Source: an uncultured Acidobacteriota bacterium (lineage in GTDB: Bacteria > Acidobacteriota > Terriglobia > UBA7540). From it: 64,000 nucleotides of DNA. Position numbers and translations under genes: made by a program. The notes beneath the pieces were generated by a model. That model had not been told where the DNA came from, did no database searches, and worked only from the letters and a program-made list of their open reading frames with translations. Shown here piece after piece: positions 63,017 through 64,000 of this stretch (position 1 is its first letter; every line of letters begins with the position of its first letter). Location: assembly GCA_963804995.1 (NCBI GenBank), contig CAWDSK010000003.1, positions 832,001 through 896,000 on the forward strand, read 5' to 3'.

Positions 63017-63528
63017 CCATGAAGCAATCGACGAGCAGCCAGCGAAGCACGATCCAACCACAACCAAACGATCAAACCGTTCTTATTGTCGTAATGCAAC
63101 AATTGACACAAAATCCTTGCTAAAGAAACAAGAAATTACCGTAATGCAAGGCAGAGTGTGCGCGTTCCAAATTCTGCGGCTTCAATAGGGTGAGCGTTGG
63201 CGTGAAAACCAGGGGTGGGAAATCTGCAGATCCGGCCCTGCGAAGGACGAGGAGTTGGGGCTCTGCCTCGCGTGATTTCTAACTCTACTTATGTGGACCC
63301 ACGACTTTTTGTCAATGCAGAATTGTCCCACTTGTTGCCCTCCGCGGGGCATAGCGGGCGAGGTCCCACATACTTTCCCAAACTCATGCGTTTTTGTCAT
63401 GTTACTTTCCATATGCGGCTCCGTCGCGTTAAGCTATCCCCTACCCTCCGCGACTTCGCTTATCCCCCAAGCTGCGGAACGCATCGGCCAAATGCCGGCG
63501 CGCAATCTTGGATCACCAAGGAGCGGAA

Positions 63529-64000
63529 ATGAAACAAATCAACCGCCGGGAATTTCTCGCCATCGGCACAATTCCAGTTTTGGTTCCGAGCGCGGTTAGC
63601 GGATTGGAACCACGCGCGGTGGAACCCCTGGGCGCTCGCATCACTATGCAACAGGGACGCCCCACTCTGTTTCTGGATGGCCAGCCGGTGCTCCCCGATA
63701 TTTATGCCTTGGGCCATTGCCCCGGTTACCGCTTCGCTTGGGAAGAGAGAGCGCAATACAGCGTCGCCGAATTCGCCCGCGCCGGAGTGCGGCTTTTCCA
63801 GGCGGAGGTGTGGATGGAACATCTCTGGCCCTCCGAGCGCGAGTTCAGCATCGAGCCCGCCCGCAAGCAGGTCCGCGGCATTCTGGACGCCTATCCGGAG
63901 GCTGCCGTCATGCTGCGCCTGCAAGTCAATGCACCGGCCTGGTGGAACGAGGCGCATCCGGAAGAATGCGTGCAGTGGGCGAACGGACCGCTCGAGAATC
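63529..64000 (+). CDS. Tat-exported GH42-like glycoside hydrolase, 5' part (runs off window end)
   Basis: Hand-translated MKQINRREFL...GRPTLFLDGQP...FARAGVRLF...MLRLQVNAPAWWNEAHPEE; AAGGAG RBS. Confidence 0.7.
   Translation, partial: MKQINRREFLAIGTIPVLVPSAVSGLEPRAVEPLGARITMQQGRPTLFLDGQPVLPDIYALGHCPGYRFAWEERAQYSVAEFARAGVRLFQAEVWMEHLWPSEREFSIEPARKQVRGILDAYPEAAVMLRLQVNAPAWWNEAHPEECVQWANGPLEN

Noticed and set aside
63089..63150. Direct repeat CGTAATGCAA twice, 50 bp apart, around a TTGACA
   Set aside because: Only two short copies in AT-rich DNA; not enough to call an operator.

Overview
GC-rich bacterial DNA whose gene content (two carboxypeptidase-regulatory-domain TonB-dependent receptors, an ADOP-type ABC permease, a sulfatase-TPR fusion, many Tat-exported enzymes) points to Acidobacteriota; this is an inference. 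Layout: (i) 1-9.3 kb secreted/lipoprotein genes, a split OmpA remnant, a TPR gene and a small-membrane-protein/BON cluster; (ii) 9.7-37 kb two paralogous TonB-receptor carbohydrate-utilisation loci arising from a segmental duplication that also copied promoters, a structured-looking 5' leader and the terminator; (iii) 37-53 kb a minus-strand run of amino-sugar hydrolases (GH2 CsxA-like, GH20), URO-D-like, AKR-like and amidohydrolase genes headed by a DRE-TIM/Ptb/AckA trio; (iv) 53.5-63 kb an eroded signalling region containing an MTase-Mrr gene, small unknown genes and two tandem tRNA-like sequences, one an otherwise near-canonical cloverleaf with a 29-nt anticodon loop. Several nested MITE/REP-type elements occur without any transposase. 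Nine +1 frameshifts in seven genes look like long-read indel errors. No CRISPR array or rRNA is visible. All family calls come from motif recognition by eye, not database searches.
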